Source: the human T2T-CHM13v2.0 reference genome, Homo sapiens
Length of the DNA stretch: 64,000 bases
Assembly: GCF_009914755.1 (NCBI RefSeq)
Contig: NC_060928.1
Strand: one strand, 5' to 3'
Positions 41,141 through 56,909 of this stretch are shown piece after piece (within the stretch, counting starts at the first letter, position 1; each line of letters opens with the position of its first letter). Under the pieces are notes generated by a model, which was not told the origin of the DNA, made no database searches, and saw only the letters and a list, made by a program, of their open reading frames with translations. The position numbers were made by a program, and so were the translations under genes.

Positions 41141-41399
41141 ATGGGAGACAGTATATGGTATGTCCAAAAGGAGTGACAGAAAGTGTGGAGGGAATTTGGA
41201 CTCACATTGATAGTCACTGCAATGGGGCCTAAACATGCTAAGCACCTTCCACACGAGAGGTATAGAGAGCCAGCAAAAGCTCGACTCTTCCATCTAACAA
41301 GCACCACAAACCTAGAGTCATGCTCTACTTTTTTGGAGAAAACATGTTGGCTTCCCACTGAGCCTGCCATCATGAGGCACAATAGTGGGCATCTTGGTG

Positions 41400-41600
41400 G
41401 TTTGCTAATAATAACAGCTGATATTTATAGAAGGCTCACTGTGGATCCAGAACTTTACTGAAAATTCTACAAGAACTGTATCTCTCAGTCCTCACATCAA
41501 CACTATGAGGAAGGAACTACTGTTACCCCTGCTTTACAGGTGGGGAAATGAGGCCCAGATACCAAGTAGCTGTACTAAAAGCACAGAGATTTAACCTCCT
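41400..41600 (-). mobile_element. MIR
   Basis: TAATAACAGCTGATATTTAT...TCCTCACATCAACACTATGAGG...TTTACAGGTGGGGAAATGAGGCCCAGA. Confidence 0.8.
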
Positions 41601-41974
41601 GGACCTTATTCACCAGAACGCAAGCCAAACCTCCATATACATTTTACTTACTTCCCAAAATTTTATGTGTACATCAAGAGCTGATCATAAATAGAAGGTC
41701 AAAGTGACCTATTGTGACATCAAATCTTGGAGCCACTTTAATGTGACTTCACTAAATTGCCTTCGTCCAGTGCCTCACAGACAGCATCCCAGCACATCAT
41801 GGAGAGCTAAGTGACAGAACAGGCAGCTCCTCTTCTCCCTGGTGAGGCCCCTTCTGCTGTGCCCTGGCTCTCTTTTGCCCCTCATTTGTCCATATTCCTC
41901 TCTGGTTTGCTCCAAACTCCTCCTCCTACCTTCAATTAAGATGGTGCTTTAGAACAATACAAGGTAAGATCTCT

Positions 41975-42075
41975 TCTTCATAAAAACAGAGAACTCATCA
42001 CACCTCAGGAGGTGCAGAAGCCAAAAATACTCATAGGTTTGAGAAGAGTTTAGATACAGTCACAGATGAGCGAAG
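41975..42075 (+). mobile_element. CR1/L3 3' end relic
   Basis: AACTCATCACACCTCAGGAGGTGCAGAAGCCAAAAATACTCATAGGTTTGAGAAGAGTTTAGATA resembles the CR1 ORF2 end. Confidence 0.5.
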
Positions 42076-42749
42076 ATGAGGGCAGTATGGAGCTCAGAGA
42101 AGAACCATGTGCTGAGGAACAACCTGCAGGGCTAAAAATCAACTAAGTCCATGGATATGTATGGAGCACCTGCAATATCCAAAGTACTATTTCAGACCCA
42201 GCAGCACCCCTGCCTTTAAGGAGCCCCAAGCTCTGACCACTACTTGGGTTCTGTTAGGGAATGTCAGCTCAGAGCTCCCCATGGGCAATGGGATCTTTGC
42301 AGCAGGAGTATCCTTCTAACACCAAGGACTTGGAGCTCTTGGAAAGCACTCTGTGTGTCAAAAAAGGGTGCACCCACACAGGCTATCCCCACACAAAGGC
42401 AGCTGCAGTGGTCCTCTAGATGTGTGCTCAAGCCCAGAGAAGACTTTGACTGTGGCAATTTGGGAGGGAAACAAATAAAGTAGACAGTATATCTTCACAA
42501 CAACCATCGCTAGTGGGCCACATGCAGGGCAAGAGAAAGAACTAACACCCCAGCAAGCCAGAAGCGTCTCCCTGTCCTTGAGGTCAGGGCAGAGTGGAGA
42601 GACCCAGGCAGGGAGTAAATGGAACAAGTAACAACTAGGTGTGAACCTTCAAGATTTCCCTTCCATCACGCTCCACTAGCATAGGTAGTCTTCCGAAGAC
42701 CTAAATCCATTGGTCTCCTTCTAGGACCAACATCGAGAGGTCATCAGAG

Positions 42750-42985
42750 TCGTAGTCACACAGCCTCAGGAGCAATAATGTCCAGGTTTGAATCCCTGTT
42801 CCACCATTCATTAACTGTGACAAATCAACAAAACTCTCGGGGGACTCAGTAGCCTCATCTTTTAAATGGAAACAATAATTAGACGAGCCTCAGAAGGTCA
42901 TTGTGAAAACTGAAAGAGATGATAACATGCAAAGCATTTAAAAGTGTCTCACACTCAGAAAATGTGAGCTGTTAGTATTATCACT
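42750..42985 (+). mobile_element. MIR
   Basis: CCAGGTTTGAATCCC...TTAACTGTGAC...CTCAGTAGCCTCATCTTTTAAATGG...ATGCAAAGCATTTA. Confidence 0.8.
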
Positions 42986-43438
42986 TTTTTCCATCAGTGG
43001 GACCATGGAAGCCCCCTTCTAGGCCATGACAAATTGTGGACCCCACGTAGATGCTATATGCAGGAATAACTTAGAACACAAGTTGTCCCGTTTGAAGGTC
43101 AAACCAAAATTCTACAAAGAAGGTGACTCTAAATCCCCCCTACCCCCAATTCTTATGCATACCTTCTTTGCATGAGACACTTATTTTTGATCAAATTAAA
43201 TCAAAACTGATTTCAGCTGCAGCACATAGTTTTAAAAGGTAAAGCAGAAGAGCAGGTAGATTTTGCCTGCTTGATAATTTCCCTTGGTTCTCTGAAAAGA
43301 CAGGCTGAGTCTCAGTCTGCCAGAGAGACCAAACGTGTAGAAACGAAAGGAAGAACAGAAATTTTCAGGCTGCTGCGCAATCCATACAGCAACGAAAAGA
43401 CCCCAAGTCTAACTGGTGATTAAGAATCAAAACAAAAC

Positions 43439-43731
43439 GGCCAGGCGCGGTGGCTCATGCCTGCAGTCCCAGCACTTTGGGAGGCCGAGGCGGGCGGATC
43501 ACGAGGTCAAGAAATCGAGACCAGCCTGGCCAACATGGTGAAACCCCATCTCTACTAAAAATACAAAAATTAGCCAGGCATGGTGGCGTGCACCTGTAGT
43601 CCCAGCTATTCGAGAGGCTGAGGCAGGAGAATCACTTGAACCCAGGAGGCAGAGGTTTCAGTGAGCCAAGATTGTGCCACTGCACTCCAGCCTGGGTGAC
43701 CTGAGCGAAACTCCGTCTCAAAAAAAAAAAA
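43439..43731 (+). mobile_element. AluS (Sc/Sg-like)
   Basis: 17-bp TSD AAGAATCAAAACAAAAC at 43422-43438 and 43732-43748. Confidence 0.95.
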
Positions 43732-44549
43732 AAGAATCAAAACAAAACAACCTAATATTTGTTACTATTCTAATGAATCCGCAATTGTGGAAAACGCACC
43801 AATAATAAATCTAGGTGTTAGCAGAGGCACAGACATAATTGAAAGATAAAAGACGGATAAGAAAGTTAACTTGGGAAAAAAACCTTCTGTTTCCAAACTT
43901 AAACCAAATAGGTACTCTTTTTGTTTTTCAATTGTGGCATGGGGCAAGCAGTTTATCCGTGCATCTCAGCAGAATCACTATGTAAACCCCAGGCCAAAAA
44001 CAGACATGAACCCTTAGAATTGAAGGAACAATGTCTACGCTTACAGACTATTGTTTGCATATATCGTGAGTCCTATAGGTTGGCCCATTTTCTCACCCCC
44101 ATAATTTTATCTGCCCAAATGCATATTTCTAAAAGAAGTTCAACTAAAAGTGGTACAGTATTATGTTGTATGAGATAGTCTCCTAGGAAGAAATTGAGAG
44201 TCTAAAAAATTGTTCTGAGGGTCACCTATCTGCTACAAAGGCCTGAACACTGCAGCTTATACAATGATTTTTAAAAACTGATTAAAACCTTTTGGATATT
44301 ATTTGGCCTTGCTGAAAGAAGAGTTTTACTTAAAAATCATTTAGAAATTGCATTTTTAAAGTATGCCTTGGTTTCACCATTGGGTAGCAGACGGATAAGT
44401 GTAACTGAAAGACAAGAAAAGTGGCCCCAACTAACCAGAAGAAAAGCTTACAGGCCTAGCTTACAAGCCATATTACAAGATGCTAGCCCTGAAATTCAGG
44501 ACTAATGCTGTAATTAATAAGGATATGATGAAATAGTCAATATTATGCA

Positions 44550-44720
44550 GGTTCATTCAAGAAACATTTATTGAGTTCCTCCTATGAGTCAGATCCAAAC
44601 CTTGCTTTCAAGTTGCTCACCACCCAGCGCTGGCCACTCACCCATAAGCAACACAGGACAACTGCCACGTCATGTATAAGGTGCTAGGAGAGCATGAGGA
44701 AAGGGAAGACCCAGGTTCTA
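44550..44720 (-). mobile_element. L2 3' end fragment
   Basis: TTCATTCAAGAAACATTTATTGAGTTCCTCCTATG. Confidence 0.6.
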
Positions 44721-47700
44721 AATAGAGAGGACCAGCAGAATTAGGAAAAATCCCTTCACATCTTGCTGACTAGCCCTAATTCTACTCACCTTACTTCCAA
44801 GCAGGGGGCATGCACATACACATTCAATTAATAAACTATTATCTGCTGGCCAAAACCCTCCAGTCATTTCAGTGAAGGTCAAGCCCTCTTTTGTTTCTGT
44901 AGTGGTGGAGGACTCTAGGTAGCCAGGAAGAAGGATGCAGATATTCCTAGGATTTAAGGTAGTACCAATAACGCTATGCAAAGTTACTAAAAATTTGAAA
45001 TCTGTTCCTTCCACTGTAACGTGCCCTTAAAAGTCAACTGAATCAAACCTTGAGTTGTGTGGTCCTAAAAGATGAAGTGACTTGCTCAAGGTCACAAAGT
45101 TCATTGTAGCAGTGGTAAGGGAGTAGAGGGAAGAGCTCTGCACAAGAGGCGGGCTTACTTCTCCTGCAGACCTCCATGCTACTTCTGCTATAGAACTTAG
45201 TACAGAGGCAGAAGGTACCTTGGAATTTGTGCAGAACCACAAAGATGCTTTAGAAGGTAACAAGCCAGGAAGGAAAAGTAGAATGGAATTTCTACAAGCT
45301 ATCTCTAAGAAAAGTGGAGTAACTTTTCCTCTCACCATTTCAAAAACTAATTCTGGGTAATAGTCAACATCCAATGTCACCTACCATTCCTTGCTCTATT
45401 TCATTTTTTTCCCTCCCTCTTCCATCTAGCTCTCCCCTCCATGGCCCATCTCATCCACCTCTGCCATCTCCATGTCCAAGTTCAGGGGCAGCAGTGGTAT
45501 GTGATGTTGGCAGCAGTGCCCAAACATCAGCAATCAGTCTACTGCTGTCCCAGCACCAAGCCAGGGGCTGTGAAGGGTGAAGGTGAAGGCTCTTTGGGTC
45601 ATCTGACCCTTGTCTCCACTCAAAATGAGACACCAGGGTGTTCTCCACCCACATACATTCAGGATTGCTGTCTCCAGTCTCTATTTGAGACATCAGAGAT
45701 GTCATCATTTCCATATGCTTCTCCTAATAAAGTAACATCCATTTAAAGGCACTGCAGTCATGAGTGTGTATGTGCGGCAATTGGATAAACAGGTCTTGTT
45801 CACCACACAGAGGTGCCAGGGTGGAGCCTACACCCATGCAATCACTGTCCTCAGGCCCGGCCCACACTCTGCAGCTTGTACGGACCTCTTACTGGTACAC
45901 ATGCTCCTGCAATGGCAAGTTGAAGAATACAGAAAAGGAGGAGAGGCACAGTCCACGAATGCTCGTGCTCCCTTGCCCTTCTCTCCTGTAAGAAAAGAGT
46001 GAATCCACAAGGAGCTCAGTAAAAAACTGGAAAAAGGGAAGTTCTTATTAGTGTGTTGACACTCGTTGCAAAGCTTGGCCTATCTCAACAAGTCACTTTA
46101 CTTTCCAATATAACTGGTCCCTCATAGACAAAGAAAGGAAAAACAAAGATGACTCTCAGATACCTGTGCTTCTCACAGCTGTGCAGTCAAGACAAGGAAA
46201 AAAACGCCTTTTCTAACTTCCTCTGGCACTAACTGGAAACTCTGGACTTTGGGGAGGCTATTAGAAAAAGGTTAAATATGAGACTAGATAATGATATACC
46301 AAGGGACCCATGTCAGGGCTGTTTGAACACTACTCAGAAGCAATTGCTGTTGAGAGTTGGCGACCACTTTAAAAGAGCTCCGAAGAAGGCAACGTCTGCA
46401 AGCAAATGCCTTCGTGGTGCCCTGGGAAGAGCAGGCTGAAGACTTCTCACTTTGCACGAACATCCCTGAAAACATTTGTTCACTGTTCTGTAATTCAAAG
46501 ATTACTAGGTACACATATCTAGTAATTATTTCCTATATGCGGCATATTTTCTTGTATTGTTCTTGCTTTAATTTTAGTTTCACAAAGACATAGCTTTACA
46601 TATGCAACTGTACCCTCCCCCTTCCTTTCAATGAGAGCTGTAGAGGTTTTTGGTCTACATCGTGAAACTTCCTATTTCATTTATTCTGAACAAATTGGTC
46701 AGTCCACTCTTTGATAAGAGTTTATTACAAAATGTGAGTGCTGACTATAAGTACTATCAAAAATATGTTGAAGATTATTTTGATACCTGTATTTATTTTA
46801 AAAGGAGGGGAGAACAGAGATGGATTTCTATCAAAAGGAGCCACTATGTGCTGTTACATGCCATATACATGGTAAATATTTATTTACAGTGTTTGACTAG
46901 GTTTAAATAAAAGCCAACAAAAAGAAAAAAAAGAGAGTTTACTTTAAAAGTCCTATTTGTGTAACTTAAAAATTAGTATGTAACTCTTTCCTGAACCTAA
47001 AACTACAGTGGTCCTGCCTTATAAAATTTGTACCATTACCCAAAGCACCTTGTGGTATCAATTACAGGGTTATGAACAACCAGCCACTAAAGCTATCTGA
47101 TTGGCTTAATGTCCCCTGGTGCTTTATAATGATAACTACATAGTATATAATTACACAGTCCCCAAAAGATACTTATAATTGAATCACAGGGCATTTTTTG
47201 AATGTTTGGGACAGCAATTAGAGGACCACAAAGTGATAGTATTGCAACTCTCACCAGCTAGAATGTAAACGAAGCACCCTAAAATTCAATCATAAGAGTC
47301 CTTCAGGTATTAAATAATTATAATACAAATCACATGGAGGGGCAAGTTTTTTTTTAATTGAACTGTCCCCATAACCGTGGAAGATTATATTTCCTAATAG
47401 TCTGTAAAACAACGTAGCTACATTTTCAGATTCCTATTTCTTCATCCAACTGGAAAACCTGTAGCAAAGGTAGAACAGTCAAAAACCTGTTTCTTCTTTT
47501 ACTTTGCCACCTACTTATTTGGTGACCTAGTGAGTAAGCTAGGTCTCACTGTCGCTCCACTCATCCTATAAGCATGCTGCATAATCAGAATGTCTGTCTC
47601 ATTCTGTAAACATAAAATGGCTGTATGTATACAGATATTTACAGATTTAAACAGAAACAAGGATACTTCATCTATTTGATTTTTTACCCATACTTAACAC

Positions 47701-50700
47701 CTCAAAATGTATGATCATTTTTACCCTCACCATTTTCCTCTTTCTCCAACTTTCTTATTCCATACTCATCCCTTCTGCCATCTCTCCCATCTCTCCCTCC
47801 AGGGAGGTTGTGACAGTTGTATTAAAACCTCCAGGACTGGCTATCTATGACTGGCTCCACAGTGCTCAGGGCAAGAAGAGTCAACTGCAGGTCTTTTGTG
47901 GCTCATTATCTTCTTGCTTCCATTTCTTAAAGGGAGAATATGTAGATTGGTCCCCTAACTTAGGAAGTACGGGGAAAGTAAAACCAGAAATACTTCCCCT
48001 AACTTTGACTCGTATAAACACATTAAGGAAAGGAAAGGTTGAAAGGATGTTCCCACACTCAAGGAACTTGTACAACCAAGTCAAGCGAGGCAAGTCAAGA
48101 AGAAAACAGAACCCCAATCATTTCTCCAGATGCTCTGAATCACCTCCAGGGCACAGGCATAGATGTTCCCCAACCCTGAATGCTACAGCAAGTGCATATC
48201 TACTTACAGCAGATTTGTAAACAGATCTATTCTCCACTTAAAAACATTTTTTCAAGACCAGTGATTAAAAATGTAAAAACTAAAGCCTGAAAAAATATCA
48301 GTTCCCCTTGCAGAGCCCAGTGTTAAAATATAAACTCCGATGAGTGATTAGAAAAACACCACAGAAATAAATATACATATACATACATGTGTATTTTTTT
48401 CCAGTAGATTTTGGCCTTTTAATGACATTTGTTCATGAGAAAAAGAAATTCGCTTGTCCCAGCACCATAACCCCACCAACCTTCATGGGTGTTCTGCAAA
48501 AAAAGGTCCCACAGAGACCAAGAATATGGTGACATTTGGTGCTCTTCGATCAGAGTGTGAATATCACCCGTTTTCTCCTTTTAGCTCTTGCAATAAAAAT
48601 ATTCTCAGGCACGAATCACAATGGCACGGGCTACAGCCCCTCCTCATGGAGTGTGATTCTCTCTGAGCCTCGCCTTCTGCTGCGTTTGAAGGAACCTCTC
48701 CCAGGACCGAGTAGCCCTGCTGGATCATCCTTTGCACTTTGGAATCAAAAGAAAAGAAACCAGAATGGGTGTCCATAACTACAGAGGTGTTGAAGTCATA
48801 AAGGGCTCAGGAGGATGGTGCAACTCTGGCCACAGTGGAGCACACTCACAGGGCAGCCAAGGAGACCCCTCTGGAGGAAAGTGGAGTTAATTAGACTTTT
48901 TATGCACATACACATGCTGGCTTCACACATTTAAAAAATAGACCCATGCTCAGCAAAAGGCCTATTTTAACACTGTCTTGTAAAAACCACATAGACGAAT
49001 ACTCTATCTCCTTTCTAGCAGCAACCCTGGCTCTAGACACTTGCTGATTTTAGCTATTTAAGCCTTAAGAATAAAGATGTCATGTGCAAAGTGCTCTGAA
49101 AGCATTAAAAACAAAACAACTTTCACTCCTACAAGAAGTACTGAGCACCAATGAATTAACGCATTTAATAATTAATTGGCATCCTTGGAGGAAACTGTCC
49201 CTCTGTAATGTAGCCACTGGGCTGCTGTGAAAAAAGATTCCAATTTATATTTGTTGAACAAATGATTTGATTAGTGACCAAAGTAAGGAGGAGTGAATGT
49301 TTTCCAAGCATGAGCTTTTCCACATGGCCTGGGTCAGCCACCGTACAGCAAGGCTGGCATGGGGCCAAGAGCCCTCTTGCCAATGAGACTAGACGTCTCT
49401 GAAGAGCCACCATACACCCAATGCCGAGAGAGTTCCCCAAACAAAAGCCAGCCACGGAGTTCAACAACTGGCTTGCCATGGCACCATATGCTCCACAATA
49501 TTGTCCTGCTGCAACAGTGGGGCCTGTCTTCAGTGTCCCCATGTGCTGCACAGCTGTCAGCCCAGGAGCTGTTTTATCATTATTTTCACTGTTTTATTAC
49601 TTTTCTGGGAATTCAAATCAGTGTAACCACGCTTGATGCGCCGGTGAAAAATGCTATCTCCCTCCCCCTTCTCCTTCAACCTAATGAATTGCCTTTTTTC
49701 ATAACAAAGAGTAATGAGCACCAAACCACATAATATTTATTCAAGGAACAAAAGACTTAAGAATGGGGTGGCAGGAAGAGGAGCAACTCCTGGGTGTGGA
49801 CAGAAGAAAAGCTGGACGTTATAACAGAGCCCCTCACACTGATCTCTGGTGACAGTGGGTTCAATTTATAGGGAAATCCAAACCTTTTGGCTCTCCCCAC
49901 TCATTCCTGGGAGGGGCTTCCTTCAAGCAATTCCCTAGTTCATGTGTAGAGACCCTGCTGCTGAGAGGTGGCAGGAGCCAAATGTAATTCATCCCATAGC
50001 CTTGACTGTGAAGTGTCTGCACATTTTATTTTTCAGTGAAATTCCCCTAAAAAGCCTCCTCTTGCCTCTCTCATAAGCAATAAGCCCAGTATATCCCAAA
50101 ATGTTCTAGATACATCCCTTCCCCTCCTCCCCCACCGCATATTATCATGACCTCCATTGTGGATGAGGGCATAATTTAACCCAGGGAGAAAGGGCCACAG
50201 AAATAATGGCGATACTGGAGCCGTGTTTATCTCAGATGACATGAATCTTAACCCTCCCCACTTTGTGCCATAATCAACCGCTTATACTTTGTCAAGTTTT
50301 CTTATTAGTCCAGAAAATACAAAATAATGTACGATATTAGGAGTAATTTAACCGAACCCATGGTTAATCTCCCTCTTTATAGACATGGGCAGTGTTTAAT
50401 CATTCCCTTTGCAAAGGATCCCCAAATTGGGAGAGGCTGGATGGATGACTAAGTCAAGTTGGTGCAAAATGAGTCACGTTTCTTGAAGGTCACTTCCCCA
50501 AATGTATGAGCCACCAAAGGGAAAGGAAAACTATTTCTTAAGGTAAGCTAGCTATTAAACAAAGATTCCTCAAAAAATGATAAACAATGATGCTAAGAAA
50601 GAGGTTAAAGTTAAAGGGCTATGTGAACAACCTTAGGAAATTTAGCACCAGTGGCTGGGTTGCTTTTTCTTCCTCCCATTTCATTATTCAGTATTTTGAA

Positions 50701-50713
50701 TTTCTCCATTTAA

Positions 50714-51054
<341 letters not shown>

Positions 51055-52736
51055 TTAAACTATAAACAAAGTTTAATTTTTTTCAAAAAGTCACAAAAGT
51101 AGTCACTTCTTCCTACAACCTGTGCCACCCATATGGTTGTGGGTTTTAACATTGAAAATTTTCTTTCTAGATAATTTTCCTCAAGCCCAGTAATCAAATA
51201 TTTTTCTAAGCAATCCTCTTGCTTCTTCCTCTTACAGTCTCATTCCTGTAAGTCTGTCAAAGCTAATTATCTCGCTCCTCAAATTTATTGCTCTTTAGTG
51301 TATCATAAACACATATATTACAAAAAGTTGAAGAAAACAAGTGTGCATTACACTTTGAAGGAAAAGATAGACATAAATATTCAAAGTATGCACTATCTTT
51401 GTTAATAGAGTAATGAAAACGGCATTAGAAAAAGTGGATGAGAATATCAAAGCCAGCCAATCCTCCTTTCTTCTTCCATATATGGTGGTCCCCACCCCCA
51501 GAAGTCAATACCAGAAACTCCTACACCATTACTTCAGAATAAAGAGGAAAGCAAAGTTCTCTAGTCTGCAATCCTTTGACATTCCAGACCACAGATAAAC
51601 ACGAACCCTACCAAACCAGTAACACAAACAACCTGTGCCTCCGTGGAGGGCACGAAGGCATGATTCTCACAGGCACAATCATTAAGCTCCTTTACTTGAA
51701 ACTACTGTTACATCTTTCTGAACCTTCCAATTCCAATCTCAACCACAAACTGAAAGTTAATAAAAAGCCCCTGAATGATTCATATAAATCCTTTAAATCT
51801 AAGAACAGGAGCCAACACTAAAAAAGCAATAGCCCATTTAAATTTCAATAGCTTGAATGCCAGACATCCCTGATTGTCACATTTTGTCACCCACCAAGTC
51901 ACCATTTCATGTTCCTAGTTCACTGTGGGATCCAGACATATTCCACTCTAACAAATACAACTTGCCAGAAGTATTTCTGAGTGTGGTTATTTACGATTTT
52001 CACGAACAACTTTTTCAAATATTCCTTCAATAGGTTCTAAGAATTAAGTAGCATGAAATCCAAATCTAAAATCATTGTCTCCATGCTTCATTGAAGAAAA
52101 TGAACGTGAAAAAATCCAATAGCAGCTGCAAACCATTTAAGAATTCCTAGTTAAACTGCAAAATACATTTTCAACCATTTAGCCATAACAACTTCTAAAC
52201 GGAGAAAGTTGCTTCTTTATATAAACCACCTCTGTTTACCAAACATCAGAGAATCTCCGGGCAGAGGGCTACTGCAGGATGGGAATAGTAAGAGAATGTT
52301 ACAACCCATGAGGTGCTGATCTGCACACACCACCGTGAGGAAATACCTTAAGTGATTAAAGACAAACGCCACCTGCATGCTTGGCAAAGGAGTCCACTGC
52401 TATCGCCACACACTCTCCCCAGTGAGAGAGGGGAAACGATGGACTGAAGTCCCACAGTGGATTAGAACTGGGCACAAAAGGAGCCAGGAACAGAAGATGG
52501 CAGCATAGGAAGGGAATGTTATGCTTTGCCCCAGCTGGGGACTCTGGCAGTATTATCACTTAGGCATCCTGAAGCCCAAACTCAAGAATAAAGAATTAAA
52601 ATTTCATATCTTCTTTGACTTAGTATCCAGAAAATTTTGTTGAATTCTGACATATCTCAAATTTCTTTGCGTATATGTTAACAAGATACTCCTATTTATA
52701 AATTCATATGACTATTTGGCTATTCTGTCAAAATTA

Positions 52737-53289
<553 letters not shown>

Positions 53290-53795
53290 AACAAAATCCA
53301 TAGTAAGGTTAAGATTTGATTTTAGTCATTTATTACCTATTATAAATCATCTCCGGACTCTTTCAAATAAAAATAAAATGTTTTCCAAAGGAATTAGAAA
53401 TTACATGTTTATTGCAACAGCTGTAATCTCGATAGTCTTTGGAAAATAGTTTTTATCTAATAGTTGTTATAATCAGATAGCTATGAAATAACTAGTATTC
53501 AAAACATTTAGATAACCATTTATCTATAATCAATATAAAGGGAAGTGTACGTCATGCAAAATGCAAGACAGTTGTCTACCTTGCATATAGGTGAAAGTCA
53601 TCCTTGAAAGAAAACATTCTAGTGCTAGAAATAAAAGAAATAGAACCATGAAATATTAGAAGCAAACACACAAAAAATAAGATGGCACTCCTCAGAGGGA
53701 CAGTAGAGTAGCTAAACTAAAGAATTAAGGAAAAGTTATAGGTTGAAATTTTATTGCATGACCAGAGCAGCACCTTTAAGAATCTCTTTATTTGG

Positions 53796-54125
<330 letters not shown>

Positions 54126-55659
54126 TTATCGTACTGGATGGCCTAGGTGCAAGATTAAGAGAGAAGTTTTTAATTTTATGTATACAACCAACTTTTGCTA
54201 TTTAAGCCACTGAAACAGAAGGCACCTGGCTATCTATGGAATGAGGAAGCCCCCTTTCCTAAAGCTTACAGTGAGCACATAGCTGCATTAACTTAGCTAG
54301 CCAAAGGTTCAGAATAAAGAAGGAAGCAATAAGATGCTATGGGCCCAGCTAAATGGCAAAAAAAAGGCTAAACCAAATCTAGATCATAAATTGAAGCATA
54401 ATACTTAGTTTATTGGAATCATTTGGTAGAGAATGACATATAAAGTTTAGGCGCCGAATCACGTACATTCCCACCCTTGGTTTATCTCTCTGGGTCAAAT
54501 CATTGCCACATGTACCTTGTACAAGGTTCCAGGTCCTATTGTCACTGTCACAAAGGTGGAACATGATATGGTGGGACAGGAGATGGGGAGAGGAGAAACA
54601 TTCAAGGCCAGGGGTATTTGAGGCCAGGAGACAGCAAAGTTGGGGACCTCATCATAAAACAGCAGGGCCTGGCAAGAACCAGCACTACCATGTCCCTGAA
54701 TTGTGGCTCCTGTTCAGACCAATAAAGGAAAGTCAAATAGATGAGAACTGCTCTTTGCCAAAACACGGCTATTTAGAAAATGCAGTTGCTCAGACAACCT
54801 TTTCAAGAAGAAACACTGCAGTCAGGTGAAGACAGAAAAATATAGTAGCCAAGAGCACAGATTCTGGAGCCAGGTTGCTCCAGCTACTGTGAAAATATAG
54901 ACGATAATTATTATTATCTTAGTGTAAGGGAGCTGCTATGCCAAAGGGAAAGCAAAATAACTAAGAACTCTGATGAAGGGCAGTCTTCAGACCACTGCAG
55001 CACCTGTGTATAATGAAAACTGATAGGACTTCTCACTGTCTAAACAAATGCTATAAGGTGCCTGTCGAAGCAAGTCCATTTTGATGCATTTTCTACAGTT
55101 GGCCAGGTCAGCAGGTTGTTATTACCATGTTACACAGATGACTGGATTAGTCAGGGTAATTTAACCTGTAGGAAGTGGCAACTCACAGACCTGAGATTTT
55201 TATGACCACTCCAATCTGCACCCACGAACACCCTAGGTTCTGTATCACCCACTGAAATACATTTTGCAAATAAAGCCATATAATCAAGCCTGTGAAACAC
55301 AAAGCTCAGGAAAGGTAAAAAGAACCACAAAATTGTTCAAGGAAGTGAATTTCCCACTTTCACAGAATGAGCAGGACCTGGTTGAGCAGGTTCCTCCTTC
55401 AGTAAAACCTCTTTAAGGGCCAGCTGAGAAAAAGGAACGTCACTCCTGTAAGATGTGTTATTTGCCAAATACACGGCCTTTAAAAACTAGTAATGTTCTG
55501 TGCAAAGACCAACACTAGTTACTAGAGTTGATACTTTTTTAAGCCATATTGTTAAGGAGACATAATTATCATTTGCCCTAAAATGGGCTGTAATAAGATT
55601 CAGGGGCTATATTAAACCATATTAGATTAAGAGATTTTCCCGCCAACTTTTTTCTCTTT

Positions 55660-56100
55660 ATACATATTATATCTATAGAAAGAACCCTAAATCTGTGCTA
55701 CAGAAATGCTCACATATGTACAAGGATATATGAATAAGGATGTTCATTACAGAAACATTTAATTAGCAAAAAATAAGAAACCACCAAAGTATCAATCAAT
55801 AGAGAATCATTCAATAAATTATGAAATGGTCACAATATGGAATGCTATATAGCAGTTAAAAAGAATGAGTTGAGGATCTATATGCACCAACTTGGATGGC
55901 TCTCTAAAATATATGAAAGAGAAAAAAGTGTATTTCAGACAAGTATACATAATATGATTCCATTTATGTAGAAAAAATGAATATGTGATTATGTACAATA
56001 TATAATATATATGTAAGTGAACAGAAGAGGGTCTGGAGAAAGAGATTCCAGACTGTAGCTACTTCTGAGAAAGGAAATAACATTGAGGGGAGGAATTAAG
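55660..56100 (+). mobile_element. L1ME-type 3' fragment
   Basis: AAGGATGTTCATTACAG...ATAAATTATG...ATGGAATGCTATATAGCAGTTAAAAAGAATGAG...TATGATTCCATTTATGTA. Confidence 0.8.
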
Positions 56101-56119
56101 TCACTTCTTAACCTATTTT

Positions 56120-56235
56120 CTTTCATTTAGTAATTTATTCAACAAATATTTAGAGTTCCTCCTATGTACATGTAGGTCCTTTCAAGTCATAGAAATATAA
56201 TAATGAATAGACAAAGTCCCTGTCCCTCTCCAATG
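56120..56235 (-). mobile_element. L2 3' end fragment
   Basis: TTTATTCAACAAATATTTAGAGTTCCT...AGACAAAGTCCCTGTCCCTC. Confidence 0.7.
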
Positions 56236-56379
56236 TTCCAGCCAAATGAACAACTTTTGCTGGGACAGTTCTACTCAGCAAAGCAGCCTATTTCATCTTT
56301 GAACAGCTTAAATTTTCATAAGATTGGCTTTTTAAATATATCTATTAAACCACAACCTGGATCCTAATAACTGTCAACC

Positions 56380-56700
56380 AGAGATCCTAAATTTATCCCC
56401 TTGAGGCCATACAGAGCACATCTAATCCCTTCTTCAAGTGACAGTCCTTCAAATATTTTAAGAAAGCAATCCTGTCACCCCCTAAATCAGACTAAACACC
56501 TCCAGGTCTTCCAGCTGTTCTTCCTGTGACATCGTTTCAAGACTTTGCACCTTCCTGTATGCTTCTTTCTAAATGTTCTCCTCTTTGTCTAGTTTCCTCT
56601 AAAAGCTCAGTGTCAAGCCATGATCATGATGCTACAAGGGTCACCTCGTCCCAAAAACAAGGGGGGAAAGAAAGACAATGATCTGCCTCATTTTTAACAA
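56380..56700 (-). mobile_element. L3/CR1 relic
   Basis: ATCTAATCCCTTCTTCAAGTGACAGTCCTTCAAATATTTTAAGAAAGC...AGACTAAACACCTCCAG. Confidence 0.7.
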
Positions 56701-56909
56701 CTATACCATACCTTAATCTTATTCCCCACCACACCAACTAATCCTCTCCTCTGCACAGTTTTATTTGAAATGAATTTTGTTACAGAAAGCAATGCTTGCA
56801 AGAAGATACAAAGCATCTGACGCCCTTAGGATTTTCCTAAATGTTAGTTTTTTAAAGTGTTTCCATTTACATGTCTAATAAGACAACAAATACCATTTCA
56901 TAAAACTAA

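Noticed and set aside
44795-44813. CTCF-like CAAGCAGGGGGCA (similar partial matches near 52490 and 61900)
   Set aside because: Mismatches at core positions; such partial hits are expected by chance without ChIP data.
47711-48220. Longest ORF (169 aa, + strand)
   Set aside because: No recognisable domain or codon bias; the N-terminus is a translated pyrimidine-rich tract; the length is attainable by chance in 64 kb.
54970-55025. TGATGA...CTGA resembling C/D-box snoRNA boxes
   Set aside because: Too short, no terminal stem, no recognisable rRNA antisense element.
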